A program made the position numbers and the translations under genes. DNA of 64,000 nucleotides from Patescibacteria group bacterium (lineage in GTDB: Bacteria; Patescibacteriota; WWE3; UBA101185; UBA10185): positions 168,996 to 232,995 of the forward strand of contig JAFGOI010000004.1 of the NCBI GenBank assembly GCA_016926555.1, in the 5' to 3' direction. The notes below the pieces were generated by a model, which saw only the letters and a list, made by a program, of their open reading frames with translations, had not been told where the DNA came from and did not search any database. How positions within the stretch are numbered: the first letter of the stretch is position 1; every line of letters begins with the position of its first letter. Of this stretch, positions 20,799-31,259 are shown piece after piece.

Positions 20799-21010
20799 GT
20801 TTAGAATTCTTGCAACAAAAGCGAATGAGTTTTTTTGAAGTTTTATCTATAAGAAATAATGAGCATATACTAATGAGGGTTGTATTGTAAATTGTATAGA
20901 ATTTTGCAATGCTTAATAGTATATAGGTAAATAGTTTGGAGTAAGTTCATAGTCCGGCAAGCTCTACAAGGCAGTGGGAGATTGTTGGCTCGTGACCTTC
21001 CAGTTTCTGA

Positions 21011-23455
21011 ATGAGTTCATATCTTTATTTCTCTGATTCATCTGAGCTGCACAAAAATAGAGCAATTGAGTTTTCTGATAATTCAAGAAAAATACTAGAA
21101 AAAAGGTATTTGAGAAGAAATGAAGCTGGAGAGGTAGCTGAAACACCGGAAAAAATGTTTGAGAGAATCGCTACCGTTATAGCTGAACCGGACAGACCTT
21201 ACAGAGATGTAGAAAAGACTAAAATTGAGTTTTATAATCTCCTATCCAAGAAACGCTTTTTTCCGAACTCCCCGACATTTACAGGTGCAGGAACACCTTT
21301 AGGACAGCTGGCGGCGTGTTTTGTTCTGCCCATTGAGGATGATTTAGGCAAAAATCGGGCGGGTATATTTTCGACTTTATTAGTGGCGGCGTTGATTCAG
21401 CAATCCGGAGGGGGAAATGGCTTTTCTTTTTCCAATTTAAGGCCAAGAGGTGATAATGTTGCCTCGAGTAATGGTAAGGCAACAGGTCCGATCGGATTTC
21501 TATCCGTATATGATTCAGCTTTTGGCGAGATCGCGCAGGGTGGTATTAGACGAGGCGCGAATATGGCTGTATTGAAAGTGGACCATCCAGATATAAGGGA
21601 GTTTATTAAGTGTAAATCTTCTGAAGGCACTATTTCGAATTTTAACATATCTGTGACAATTACAGATGCGTTTATGGACGCGGTAAGGCAGGATACTACA
21701 TATGATCTAGTCAATCCAAGAACAGGTGAAGTAGTCGAGAGCCCCCCTGCGAGAGAAATATTTGACATGATAGTTGATTATGCATACAGAAATGGTGAAC
21801 CGGGCGTTTTGTTTATTGACACGGCCAATAAGTATAATCCTGTACCGCATAGATACAGATTGGAGGCAACAAATCCATGTGGGGAGCAGTGGTTGGGGCC
21901 TTATGAGAATTGTTGCCTGGGTTCAATAAATCTCGCCGAGCATGTAAATGATAACGGATATTTTAATTGGGAAGAACTTAGAAAGACTATAATTCTTAGT
22001 ACAAGGTTCCTTGATAACGTGGTTACCGCGAATGGCTACATTCCGAGTGTTCCAGAACTTCGTAAATCTGCGTATGAGGTTAGAAGAATTGGTCTTGGGA
22101 TAATGGGACTTGCAGATATTATGTACGCTCGGGGGATTAGGTATGGTAGTGACGAAGGGCAGGAATTTGCAGCTCAGATAATGGAATTTATTAGATTTCA
22201 TGCGATGAAGAGTTCAATTGAATTAGCTAGAGAGCGAGGTTCATTTCCCGCGATTAGAGGAAGTATATACGATCCGCAGAATATACAGTGGACTCCCCCC
22301 ACACCAATAAAGCCATTCGGAAGAGATTGGGGAAGGCCGGAAATTGATTGGGACGAGGTAACCGAGGGGCTGAAGTCTTATGGGATTAGAAATGGAGCAC
22401 AAACTACTATTGCACCTACTGGTACGATTTCCACCGTTGCAGGAATTGAAGGTTATGGATGTGAACCCGTTTTTGCGCTTGCCTATTACAGGAATGTTTA
22501 TCAAGCTGCTGGGGATGAAGGTACATTAACGTTGACGTACATAAGTCCAATGTTTGAGAAGGCGCTTAATAGTTCCGGTTTAGCGGAGGAACAGAAGAAA
22601 AATGTTATTGATGAAGTTATAAAAAAGGGTTCATGTCAAAATATAGATGAGATACCTGAACATGTAAAGAATACATTTGTGGTGTCAGCCGATATAAAGC
22701 CGGAAGAGCATATACTTATGCAGGCTTCACTCCAAGCTTTTGTAGACAATTCTATTTCTAAGACATGTAATTTTCCCGAATCGGCCACGAAAGATGATAT
22801 AGCAAAGGTGTATCTAATGGGTTGGGAATTAGGGTGTAAGGGACTGACGGTATATGTGACAGGTAGCAGAACAGAAGTAGTATTGGAAACCAAAGATACT
22901 AAAGATAAGAAGGATGGTGGTGCGTTTAATAAGCCAGTGGAGTTTGAGAGGGGGTATAAACTTGCGGGTTCTACGTATAAACTTCCCACACCTCAAGGAA
23001 AAGCTTTTATAACCGTTAATAAGGTTGCGGATGGAACACCGGTTGAAGTTTTTGCGAACGTTGGCAAAGCCGGTAGTGATGTTGCCGGTTTATCTGAGGC
23101 TTTAGGTCGGTTGATTTCCGGTTGGCTGAGGGTATCGCCATATCCGATAGAAACGGTAAAAGAAATAGTGCATCAGATGATTGGAATCGGTGGGTCGCAG
23201 TCAGTTGGTTTTGGAAAAAACAGAGTCACTTCCATACCCGATGCTGTGGCAAAAGTGTTGGTTGAAGAGTTCCAGCTGCGTGTTCGCCCAGGTGATGTGT
23301 ATGATGATAATGGGGCAGGGTCTCATGTAATAGAGAACGGTAAGAAGCAGAATGTGTTCGATAGGACGGATATGTGTCCGGAATGTGGAAACTATACGTT
23401 GGTGTATGAAGAGGGTTGTGCAAAATGCTACTTTTGCGGATTCTCGAAATGCTAA
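21011..23455 (+). CDS. nrdJ: Adenosylcobalamin-dependent (class II) ribonucleotide reductase NrdJ
   Basis: 814 aa. 'TNPCGEQWL' active-site Cys region and a C-terminal Cys cluster '[26 protein letters not shown]'. Confidence 0.9.
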   Translation: MSSYLYFSDSSELHKNRAIEFSDNSRKILEKRYLRRNEAGEVAETPEKMFERIATVIAEPDRPYRDVEKTKIEFYNLLSKKRFFPNSPTFTGAGTPLGQLAACFVLPIEDDLGKNRAGIFSTLLVAALIQQSGGGNGFSFSNLRPRGDNVASSNGKATGPIGFLSVYDSAFGEIAQGGIRRGANMAVLKVDHPDIREFIKCKSSEGTISNFNISVTITDAFMDAVRQDTTYDLVNPRTGEVVESPPAREIFDMIVDYAYRNGEPGVLFIDTANKYNPVPHRYRLEATNPCGEQWLGPYENCCLGSINLAEHVNDNGYFNWEELRKTIILSTRFLDNVVTANGYIPSVPELRKSAYEVRRIGLGIMGLADIMYARGIRYGSDEGQEFAAQIMEFIRFHAMKSSIELARERGSFPAIRGSIYDPQNIQWTPPTPIKPFGRDWGRPEIDWDEVTEGLKSYGIRNGAQTTIAPTGTISTVAGIEGYGCEPVFALAYYRNVYQAAGDEGTLTLTYISPMFEKALNSSGLAEEQKKNVIDEVIKKGSCQNIDEIPEHVKNTFVVSADIKPEEHILMQASLQAFVDNSISKTCNFPESATKDDIAKVYLMGWELGCKGLTVYVTGSRTEVVLETKDTKDKKDGGAFNKPVEFERGYKLAGSTYKLPTPQGKAFITVNKVADGTPVEVFANVGKAGSDVAGLSEALGRLISGWLRVSPYPIETVKEIVHQMIGIGGSQSVGFGKNRVTSIPDAVAKVLVEEFQLRVRPGDVYDDNGAGSHVIENGKKQNVFDRTDMCPECGNYTLVYEEGCAKCYFCGFSKC

Positions 23456-23478
23456 TAATTTTGGTATAGCAAAAATAT

Positions 23479-24033
23479 ATGCCTTACTACACTAAAAACG
23501 GGGATGAAGGAAAGACAACACTATATAAAGGGAACGAACAAAAGTTCAAGTCCAGTGAGGTGTTTGACGTTTTGGGTACTCTTGATGAGCTTAACGCTTC
23601 GTTAGGATTTCAGCATATATCTCATATCAAAAGTATCAGCAGGCTTATAATTGAAATACAAAACGAGTTATTTGTTATTGGTAGTATTATAGCTAAAGAT
23701 TCCGCTGAACCGGTTAATGTAGAATATTGGGAAAATAAAATAGAACGGATGGAGAAGGAAATAATTTTCTATGATAAGGATCTTCCTGGACTTAGCTCTT
23801 TTGTTATTCCCGGAGGAACTAGTGAAGCAGTACATCTTCATGTGTCCCGCACAATTGCCAGAAGGCTAGAGAGGAGACTAGTATCTTATATAAACAGTGA
23901 GAATAAAAGAAATTACATTATTCTTGAAAAGTATATAAATCGTTTATCCGACTTATTATTTGTTTTGTCTCGCTATGCGAACAATGTACTAAATACTGAG
24001 GAAGTTTTTGTTAAGAATGCTAATATTATCTAA
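23479..24033 (+). CDS. ATP:cob(I)alamin adenosyltransferase, PduO type
   Basis: 'NGDEGKTTLYKGNE...FDVLGTLDELNASLG' matches the PduO/MMAB family. Adjacent to the B12-dependent RNR. Confidence 0.8.
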   Translation: MPYYTKNGDEGKTTLYKGNEQKFKSSEVFDVLGTLDELNASLGFQHISHIKSISRLIIEIQNELFVIGSIIAKDSAEPVNVEYWENKIERMEKEIIFYDKDLPGLSSFVIPGGTSEAVHLHVSRTIARRLERRLVSYINSENKRNYIILEKYINRLSDLLFVLSRYANNVLNTEEVFVKNANII

Positions 24034-24167
24034 TGAAAAAATACTACATAAGCTTATTTCTGCTCTTGATGATTGGAATTGCAGCCATAATTTTTTTGGG
24101 GTACAGAGCAAATCAAGCTGATGAGTATTTTAAGTCTGGATCTCATGAAATCTATGAAGACTATTAA
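24033..24167 (+). CDS. Possible 44-aa single-TM peptide (not in the ORF track)
   Basis: ATG overlaps the previous stop (taATGa). Hydrophobic core 'ISLFLLLMIGIAAIIFLGY'. No clear SD. Confidence 0.2.
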   Translation: MKKYYISLFLLLMIGIAAIIFLGYRANQADEYFKSGSHEIYEDY

Positions 24168-24187
24168 AATTTTGGTACTATACCCTC

Positions 24188-27034
24188 ATGTTTAAAGAAA
24201 TATTATCTGTTCCTGATCTGCCGAAAAATGAAGACGAGGTAATCCGATTTTGGAAAGAAATTGATATTGTCGAAAGACTAAAGGATTTAAGAAGATCCTC
24301 GGAAGAAAAAGTCTATTATGATGGGCCAATAACCGCAAATAATTTTCCCCATTATGGTCATGTTGTTCAATGGATTCTAAAGGATATGGTCCCGAGATAT
24401 TGGAGTATGAAAGGGTATTTTGTATCAAGAAATATGGGATGGGATTGTCAAGGTCTTCCTGTTGAAATTGAGGTTGAAAAGGCTCTGGGTTTCAATGAAA
24501 AGGGAGATGTACTCAAATATGGGATAGCTCCTTTTAATAAACTGTGTAAGGAGTCCGTTTTTAAATACCGCGATGCAATTTATGAATATGAAACCCGTAT
24601 TGGTAGATGGTTCGATGATAAAGATATGTATTACACACTTGATAAGGACTTTATTGAGAGTATATGGTGGGCTTTTAAGGAGCTATATGAAAAGGGTTTG
24701 ATATACAAGGGTTTAAAAGTTGTTGCTTACTCAACTCGGGCGGGGTGCTCGTTATCTCAGCACGAAGTTAGCGCCGGAGGTTACAAAGATATGGAAGATC
24801 CTACAGTTGTTGTAAAATTTAAGCTTCTTGACCGAGATAATACGTATATTTTGGCTTGGACGACTACTCCGTGGACCATCCCGGGTAACTTGATGCTTGC
24901 TATTGGAAAGAAAGTTAAGTATGTGAAAGTTGAGTATGAGAACGAGTTTTATATACTGGCCGCTACAAGAGTGGAGGATATATTTGGTGACAAAGAATAC
25001 AAAGTTTTGAAAGAAGTGAAACATGAGGATATTCTTGGTACGGAGTATAGTCCTCCTTATGATTACTTTGAGGGGAAACGCACAGAAGGAGCTTTTAGGG
25101 TGATATATGCCGACCATGCTAATGATGAGGAAGGTACAGGTATTGTTCATCTGGCGCCTTATGGAGAGGAGGATTTTTATGTATTTCAGGAATTAAGTAT
25201 AAAGATATTTGATTATTTGGATGAGACAGCCCATTTCACTAATATGCTTCCGTTATATAAAGGTTTGTTTTACAAGGATGCGAATCTGAGAATCACGGAA
25301 GATCTGAAAAAAAATGGGGTTTTATTTAGTAGTGATACATTTGTTCATAGAATGCCTCTGTGCTGGAGAACGAACACTCCTTTGATTTATAAACCGGTTG
25401 AGAGCTGGTATGTTGCAGTTACGGAACTTAAGGAAAGAATGCTTGAAGAAAATCAGAAAGTAAATTGGGTGCCGGACCATATCAAAAACGGAATATCTAA
25501 AAGTTGGTTGGAAGGTGCGCGAGATTGGGCTATCAGCAGGTCACGATTTTGGGGCACTCCTATGCCTGTTTGGGTAAATGATAAAACAGGTGAGCAAGTT
25601 GTTGTTGGATCGTATAAAGAGTTAAAACAAAAGTCGGGTATTATGGTAAACGATCCTCACAGACCCCATGTTGATGAAATAACCTGGAAGGATAAAGAAA
25701 ATGGAGGTGTGTTTAGGAGGATTCCTGATGTGCTGGATGTATGGTTTGATTCAGGATCGGTTCCGTTTGCGAAGCTTCACTATCCGTTTGAAAACAGCGA
25801 TATATTCAGTAAGAAAGTTCCTGCGGAGTATATTGCTGAATCAACAGAACAAGTGAGGTGGTGGTTTTATACAATGCATGTTTTAGGTGTGGCACTATTT
25901 GACCAAATTCCGTATAAATCTGCAGTAGTTCACGGAATAATGCTTTCAAAAGACGGAGAAAAGTTGTCAAAGAGTAAGAAAAATTACCCTCCAATGGACG
26001 AAGTGCTGGAAACGTTTGGTGCAGACGTTCTTAGAATGTTTGTTTTGACCTCCCCTATTGTTCAAGGAGAAAGTGCGAGATTTTATAAAGAGGCACTCGC
26101 AGATACAAAAAAAGAGTTTTTCCTGCCGCTTTGGAATTCTTTAAGATATTTTACAACCTACGCAAACATGCATATGTATGAGCCCCATTCTGGTGAACCC
26201 GTAGTTTACCATACACTTGATAAATGGATATTAGCCAGACTAGGAGAGACTATTAATAATGTTGATAACTACATGGGCGACTTACTGTTAATGCAAGCAT
26301 CGCGGGAATTAGTGCCGTTTGTTCAGGATCTTTCAACCTGGTACATAAGAAGGTCTAGAGATCGTATTAAGAACGGTGACCTGGAATCTCTGGACACTCT
26401 TTACTATGTACTGACTCAGATTAGTATTCTTATGGCCCCGATGGCGCCGTTTATGGCTGAGAGTATGTATAAGATATTAAATATGCAGGAATTGTTTAAT
26501 TTGGAATCAGTGCATCTCTGTTTGTATCCCGACAAAGTCGATTTAGCCTCTGAACAGTTAGAACTACTTGCAAACATGAAGGAAGATAGAGAGACGGTAA
26601 CTGCTTTATTGTCTGTAAGATCAAGTAGGGAAATTCCTGTACGTCAGCCTCTGTCGGATGTGGTGAGTGTCAAGAAAGTACACTATCCAAGTATTGTAAA
26701 AAGTGAAGTAAATGTTAAAGATTTGTCTCATGTTTCAAGTCTTAGTAAATACGTAGCCGGGGGTAACTATGCCCAAGATGAAAGCGGACAGGTGGCGCTT
26801 AATATAAAAATAACGGCGGAGCTTAAGTTGGAAAGGGGCAGGAGAGAAATGATACGAAAAATTCAGGATTTGCGGAAAAAGGCAGGACTTCAAGTAACCG
26901 ATGAAATAAAAGTTGTTTACGAAGGAACAAATGCAAACCATTCAATTGTGAAACATTTTGGGGATGATATAAAGTCGGAAGTTTACGCAAAAATTATAGA
27001 AGCAGGAGAGGATTTTTCGATAGAGAAATTATGA
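24188..27034 (+). CDS. ileS: Isoleucyl-tRNA synthetase
   Basis: HIGH motif 'PHYGH', KMSKS as 'KLSKS', and 'WTTTPWTIPGN' typical of IleRS. 948 aa. Confidence 0.92.
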   Translation: MFKEILSVPDLPKNEDEVIRFWKEIDIVERLKDLRRSSEEKVYYDGPITANNFPHYGHVVQWILKDMVPRYWSMKGYFVSRNMGWDCQGLPVEIEVEKALGFNEKGDVLKYGIAPFNKLCKESVFKYRDAIYEYETRIGRWFDDKDMYYTLDKDFIESIWWAFKELYEKGLIYKGLKVVAYSTRAGCSLSQHEVSAGGYKDMEDPTVVVKFKLLDRDNTYILAWTTTPWTIPGNLMLAIGKKVKYVKVEYENEFYILAATRVEDIFGDKEYKVLKEVKHEDILGTEYSPPYDYFEGKRTEGAFRVIYADHANDEEGTGIVHLAPYGEEDFYVFQELSIKIFDYLDETAHFTNMLPLYKGLFYKDANLRITEDLKKNGVLFSSDTFVHRMPLCWRTNTPLIYKPVESWYVAVTELKERMLEENQKVNWVPDHIKNGISKSWLEGARDWAISRSRFWGTPMPVWVNDKTGEQVVVGSYKELKQKSGIMVNDPHRPHVDEITWKDKENGGVFRRIPDVLDVWFDSGSVPFAKLHYPFENSDIFSKKVPAEYIAESTEQVRWWFYTMHVLGVALFDQIPYKSAVVHGIMLSKDGEKLSKSKKNYPPMDEVLETFGADVLRMFVLTSPIVQGESARFYKEALADTKKEFFLPLWNSLRYFTTYANMHMYEPHSGEPVVYHTLDKWILARLGETINNVDNYMGDLLLMQASRELVPFVQDLSTWYIRRSRDRIKNGDLESLDTLYYVLTQISILMAPMAPFMAESMYKILNMQELFNLESVHLCLYPDKVDLASEQLELLANMKEDRETVTALLSVRSSREIPVRQPLSDVVSVKKVHYPSIVKSEVNVKDLSHVSSLSKYVAGGNYAQDESGQVALNIKITAELKLERGRREMIRKIQDLRKKAGLQVTDEIKVVYEGTNANHSIVKHFGDDIKSEVYAKIIEAGEDFSIEKL

Positions 27035-27046
27035 TATATTGTTAAT

Positions 27047-28429
27047 ATGCAAGACTTAATTGTATCTCTTAGTAAAAATACTGTTAAGGTCTCAACTGTA
27101 GGAAAAGAAGGTTTATCATATCAAAAAACTGAATTAGGTAATGATATAGCGGCCGACTTTTTGGTTAAAGATGTCCCGCGTTTTTCTGAAGAACTTGGCA
27201 ATCTAATTTCAAAAGTGACCCCAGCTTCCCCGAAAAATCTCTCTCTTACATTCTTGGCAGGTCCAGAGAAAACTCATTTTAAATTTGTTACTGTTGCAAA
27301 GGGTACAGAAGACGTGGAAGCTAAGGTTTTGGCGGAGGCACAGGAAAAACTGGAAGGAGTATCTCTTGAAAGCTTGTATTTTGGATATGAAAAAATAGCG
27401 CCTTTTGTCTATCAATTTATAGGAGTTGATAAGGAATTTCTTGAGACATTCATAGAAGTTTCAAATGTAGTTGGAATCTCTCTTAAAGCAGTGGTGCCTT
27501 GGGTTTTGCTTCTTCCTAAATACGCGGAAGTGAATAATCCCGCAATATTCATTGCAAACTATAACAACGAACAGGTAGTAGTTTTATCTGAATTGAACGG
27601 TGTTTTTTTCACAGAGGTTTTTGAGAGGGAACAAAAACCAAAGGAGTTGGAGAAATTAGTTCAACAGTTATCAATATATAAAAGATCTAACCCGATAAAT
27701 AAAATTTATACACTCAACTACGAGAATTTATTTATGGATTCTGGGTATGAAGTAGAGAATCTGCAGGTTCCGAATGAAGAAATGTTCGAAGAGAGTGGTT
27801 ATGAACTAAATGTACTAGCAAATTATATGATGGATACGCACAAAGAGTTATTTTTACGCCAGCTCAACCTGCTTAACCTACTTCCAGTTCCTGTTGAAGT
27901 TGAAAAGAAAAGTAAAGCACTTGTATATGTCGGGTCTGTCTTAGCAGTAGTATTAGTCGTGGGAGGGATTCTTCTTGTTAAATCTAGAGGCAATAAAAGT
28001 GGGGAGGATATGTTAGCAGGTAATGGCAGTGAGGCTACAGACGTTCTAAGTGAGAATGTTGAAACACAGGAACCCACGGAGGATACTCATGCGGAACAAA
28101 CAGGGCAGACACAAGAAGTTGAGGAACAGCTCTCAAGAGAAGATCTTAGTATACGTGTGGAGAACGGTGCTGGTATATCTGGTGTGGCCGGAAGAACAAG
28201 AGATCGCCTAGAAGAGTTTGGTTATGTAATCGGAGACAACATCGGAAATGCAGATGAGGTGGGGAATTCTGAGACAGTACTGAGGTTCAAAAAAGATAAG
28301 GTTAAGTATCAGGATTTATTGAAAGAGGACATGAAAGAAGTTTATTTGGATATAGTAGTTGAAGACACACTTGACGATTCGGCTGAATATGATCTGCTAA
28401 TTACTGTCGGAACAAATATCGAAGAGTAG
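27047..28429 (+). CDS. Membrane protein with C-terminal LytR_C (cell-envelope related) domain
   Basis: One TM ('ALVYVGSVLAVVLVVGGILLV'), an acidic linker, and a C-terminal 'IRVENGAGISGVAGRTRDRLEEFGYVIGDNIGNAD' LytR_C-like fold. Confidence 0.5.
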   Translation: MQDLIVSLSKNTVKVSTVGKEGLSYQKTELGNDIAADFLVKDVPRFSEELGNLISKVTPASPKNLSLTFLAGPEKTHFKFVTVAKGTEDVEAKVLAEAQEKLEGVSLESLYFGYEKIAPFVYQFIGVDKEFLETFIEVSNVVGISLKAVVPWVLLLPKYAEVNNPAIFIANYNNEQVVVLSELNGVFFTEVFEREQKPKELEKLVQQLSIYKRSNPINKIYTLNYENLFMDSGYEVENLQVPNEEMFEESGYELNVLANYMMDTHKELFLRQLNLLNLLPVPVEVEKKSKALVYVGSVLAVVLVVGGILLVKSRGNKSGEDMLAGNGSEATDVLSENVETQEPTEDTHAEQTGQTQEVEEQLSREDLSIRVENGAGISGVAGRTRDRLEEFGYVIGDNIGNADEVGNSETVLRFKKDKVKYQDLLKEDMKEVYLDIVVEDTLDDSAEYDLLITVGTNIEE

Positions 28430-28495
28430 TAACACAAGCTGTAAAGGGGCACATAATTGCAAAATATCCTTTGAATACGTATAATAGCACGGCGT

Positions 28496-28963
28496 ATGAA
28501 GTATGCAGTAATCCGTTTAGGCGGAAAACAATTTATAGTAAAAGAGAAAGACAAGATTGAATTGGAAAGACAACAGTCTCCATTAAATGTTGATGTTTTG
28601 CTATATTCTGAGGATGAGAATGTCTTAATCGGCGAGCCGGTTCTCGATAAAGTCTTAGTTGAGGCTGAGGTAGTTGAGGAGAAAAAGGGCGATAAAGTCC
28701 GTGTGGTAAGGTTTAAATCTAAATCAAGGTATAGGAAAGTAAAAGGGCACAGACAGCCATTGAGCGTTGTTGAGATAAAAAAGATATCGCTTTCTTCTTC
28801 CTCGAGCCTGAAAGCAAAACCAGCCGCAACAGAGAAAAAGGTAGAGCCCAAAGAAGTTGAAAGTAAGGAAAAGAAATCCAACACAAAAAAAGATGTAAAG
28901 GATAAGAAAGTTAGTGCAAGGAAAAGTATGCCAAGTGCTAAAAAGGAAGGAGCTAGAAAATAG
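28496..28963 (+). CDS. rplU: 50S ribosomal protein L21 with Lys-rich C-terminal extension
   Basis: 'MKYAVIRLGGKQFIVKEKDKI...' L21 core followed by about 60 aa of K/E/S-rich tail. Confidence 0.9.
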   Translation: MKYAVIRLGGKQFIVKEKDKIELERQQSPLNVDVLLYSEDENVLIGEPVLDKVLVEAEVVEEKKGDKVRVVRFKSKSRYRKVKGHRQPLSVVEIKKISLSSSSSLKAKPAATEKKVEPKEVESKEKKSNTKKDVKDKKVSARKSMPSAKKEGARK

Positions 28964-28966
28964 TAT

Positions 28967-29227
28967 ATGGCACATACAAAAGCAGGAGGCTCAAAAGCAA
29001 AACAGGGTGGTAACGTAGCAGGAAAAAGACTTGGAATTAAAGTCTTTGGCGGAGGTATCGTGAAACCCGGCCAGATAATAGTTCGTCAGAGAGGCAGAAA
29101 TTATATTCCAGGTGAGAATGTGAAAATGGGGAAGGATTTTACTTTATTTTCGGTGATTGATGGCACAGTTCACTGGTTATGGTCCTCAAGAAAAAAGAAG
29201 AAGATTAATGTATTGCCTCTAAAATAA
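28967..29227 (+). CDS. rpmA: 50S ribosomal protein L27
   Basis: 'MAHTKAGGSKAKQGGNVAGKRLGIKVFGG'. Confidence 0.95.
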   Translation: MAHTKAGGSKAKQGGNVAGKRLGIKVFGGGIVKPGQIIVRQRGRNYIPGENVKMGKDFTLFSVIDGTVHWLWSSRKKKKINVLPLK

Positions 29228-29235
29228 CTCGTATT

Positions 29236-29832
29236 TCATTTGACGAATCTTGCTTTTCCCAGTGGATAGTATACAAATAGTGCCCTTCCGATTATTCTAT
29301 CTACTTTTATTGCGCCCCATTCCCGGGAGTCTTTGCTGTGCTCCCTATTATCCCCGAGGAGAACATAGGCATCCTTGTCGATTTTGTATGAGACCTCTTC
29401 GGCAATAGCATCTCTTCCCGCCGTTACAGTGCCATCTGTGAGATAGGTCTCATCAAGGGGTTGATCATCAACATATACTTTGCCTTCGGATATTCTAATT
29501 ACTTCGTCGGGAAGCCCGACAACGCGTTTTATAATAAGTCTTTGATTAACTTCGGGATAATTAGGATTAACGAATATCACAATATCGCCACGTTCAGGTT
29601 CTTTAAATTTAACTGATACTTTTTCGGCAATGAGCCTCTCTTTATCGTAAAATGCTGGGGTCATAGAATCTCCTGACACCTCAAGTAACTGTCCTATAAA
29701 AAAGTATACTACGATGAAAACAGTAGTGCTAATTAATATGAGTTCAATGACATCCAATATGATATTTACTGTGCCACGCGGTATTTTTGCCACATTAATA
29801 TTGTAGGTGCGTCCATGATTTGATGCAAACAC
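29236..29832 (-). CDS. lepB: Signal peptidase I
   Basis: 'GDSMTPAF' Ser box and 'GDNREHSKDSREWG' box E. N-terminal TM. Confidence 0.85.
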   Translation of the reverse strand: MFASNHGRTYNINVAKIPRGTVNIILDVIELILISTTVFIVVYFFIGQLLEVSGDSMTPAFYDKERLIAEKVSVKFKEPERGDIVIFVNPNYPEVNQRLIIKRVVGLPDEVIRISEGKVYVDDQPLDETYLTDGTVTAGRDAIAEEVSYKIDKDAYVLLGDNREHSKDSREWGAIKVDRIIGRALFVYYPLGKARFVK

Positions 29833-29887
29833 TTTTTTCGCGGTTTTATAATAAAAGAAGCTGGTATAATATATGTGTTAAGAATTG

Positions 29888-29964
29888 GGGCTTGTAGCTC
29901 AGTTGGTTAGAGCGCTGTGTTCACATCGCAGAGGTCCCTGGTTCGAGTCCAGGCAAGCCCACCA
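29888..29964 (+). tRNA. tRNA-Val (anticodon CAC), CCA encoded
   Basis: Cloverleaf folded by hand. Acceptor GGGCTTG/CAAGCCC, D-arm GCTC/GAGC, anticodon stem CTGTG/CGCAG with loop TTCACAT, T-arm CCTGG-TTCGAGT-CCAGG, discriminator A plus CCA. Confidence 0.85.
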
Positions 29965-29976
29965 TCGAAAAGTTAG

Positions 29977-31203
29977 CTACTTCACAAACTTTTCGTACAG
30001 CAAATCCCAGAGTTCAATATAACCGCCATCATAACCTAAAGCCCAGATTCCAACTCCCGCAAGATTATTTTCGTTAATTAAGCTATATTTTGCTTCTAGT
30101 GATTGGGAATTCTCATAATAGACCTCTCTTATCTGGTCTGTTTCTTCGCTTGTGTATGTGAAAAAAGGAGTTTGTCCCAATTCATCCCACATAATTTCCG
30201 GATCGTTTTCTAAAATTACTTCCATAACTTCTTCATATGCCTGAGACATTGAATATCCCGAATTGTCATTTCCTTCAATTCTTTTGGCATATTCCTCATC
30301 TGTTTCTACAACCCAGTTGTAGCCATAATAGGGTACACCCATAATAAGCTTGTTTGGAGGAGAAACTGATAGATAGTCTTTTACCATTGTTTTTAGATCA
30401 TAATCCGAATGGATGCCTATACCCCCTAGTGGCGCCACTGGGCCGGCATTGTCAGAAGTGGGTCTATGGAAGTCATATCCCATTATAAATATGCCATCTG
30501 CACTTTTTGAGAGGTTGTCAATGTCTGATGTTACTCTGGGTTTTACTAAAGAATCTGCGAATGTTGCTACCACAACAAAAGAATCCCCGAATTCTTTATC
30601 TAGTTCCTCGTTATAATACTTAATTAACTCCTGGTAGAGCTTATGTTGGGAGTTTTCCGTATACTCGTAGTATTCAAAGTTCATGTTCAAATCTGTTATA
30701 TCTTTAAATCTGAGTTCCTGTTTAATATTTTCCAAGAGAGTGTCCCAGCATTCTCTGCAGTTTAGGAATTCATCTGAAACCTCGTCGACATGTGAAATAA
30801 TTGTTAGCGCGAATCTCACACCTTCCTCCTTAGATTTTTTTATAATTTCGTCCAAATCGGGGCTGTCTTTCCAGTTCAGATACCCCGGAATCTGATTTCC
30901 CTCCACGTCGACTTTTAGAAAATTTCCGTCTTTATCAATGTGAAGGCCAAAATAAGCTATGTCTGTTAGTTTGTCGTATTGTAGAAACTCCTTTTTTTCG
31001 ATAGTCCAATAGGGCAGATAGCCGTATATTATTCTTTTAGGGCGTTCTTTCTTTTTAAATAAGGAAAATATATTCACGCTTTTACTAAAAGGCGACAGCA
31101 AAGATCTACCTCTAGGAATACTTCTCATAATATGTGTGAAGGTAATTCCCAGAATTACACCAAAAAAGATTATTATTAAAGCAAGCTTTGTTTCCGGTTT
31201 CAC
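29977..31203 (-). CDS. Glycoside hydrolase family 18-like protein (membrane anchored)
   Basis: N-terminal TM. GH18 blocks 'YGYLPYWT', 'LTDIAYFGLHIDKDG', 'IMGYDFH', 'GVGIWALGYDGG'. The catalytic DxxDxDxE is altered to 'DITDLNMNFE' (Glu retained). Confidence 0.55.
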   Translation of the reverse strand: MKPETKLALIIIFFGVILGITFTHIMRSIPRGRSLLSPFSKSVNIFSLFKKKERPKRIIYGYLPYWTIEKKEFLQYDKLTDIAYFGLHIDKDGNFLKVDVEGNQIPGYLNWKDSPDLDEIIKKSKEEGVRFALTIISHVDEVSDEFLNCRECWDTLLENIKQELRFKDITDLNMNFEYYEYTENSQHKLYQELIKYYNEELDKEFGDSFVVVATFADSLVKPRVTSDIDNLSKSADGIFIMGYDFHRPTSDNAGPVAPLGGIGIHSDYDLKTMVKDYLSVSPPNKLIMGVPYYGYNWVVETDEEYAKRIEGNDNSGYSMSQAYEEVMEVILENDPEIMWDELGQTPFFTYTSEETDQIREVYYENSQSLEAKYSLINENNLAGVGIWALGYDGGYIELWDLLYEKFVK

Positions 31204-31259
31204 TCAATTATTTTACATGATTTGGTTAATTTTGAGTGATCTATTAGAATTGTTAATGT

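Noticed and set aside
20799-21010. Cobalamin riboswitch upstream of nrdJ
   Set aside because: The plus strand has no convincing B12 box (the GCCACTG-like match, 'cccactgcc', is on the wrong strand). B12 riboswitches usually control B12-independent isozymes rather than the AdoCbl-dependent NrdJ. It is kept only as a possible NrdR-box or structured leader in the findings.
21011-27034. Inteins or group I/II introns in nrdJ, ileS or the polymerases
   Set aside because: Protein lengths (814, 948, 615 aa) are normal for their families and conserved blocks are contiguous. No extra insertion with Hint/LAGLIDADG-like motifs was seen.
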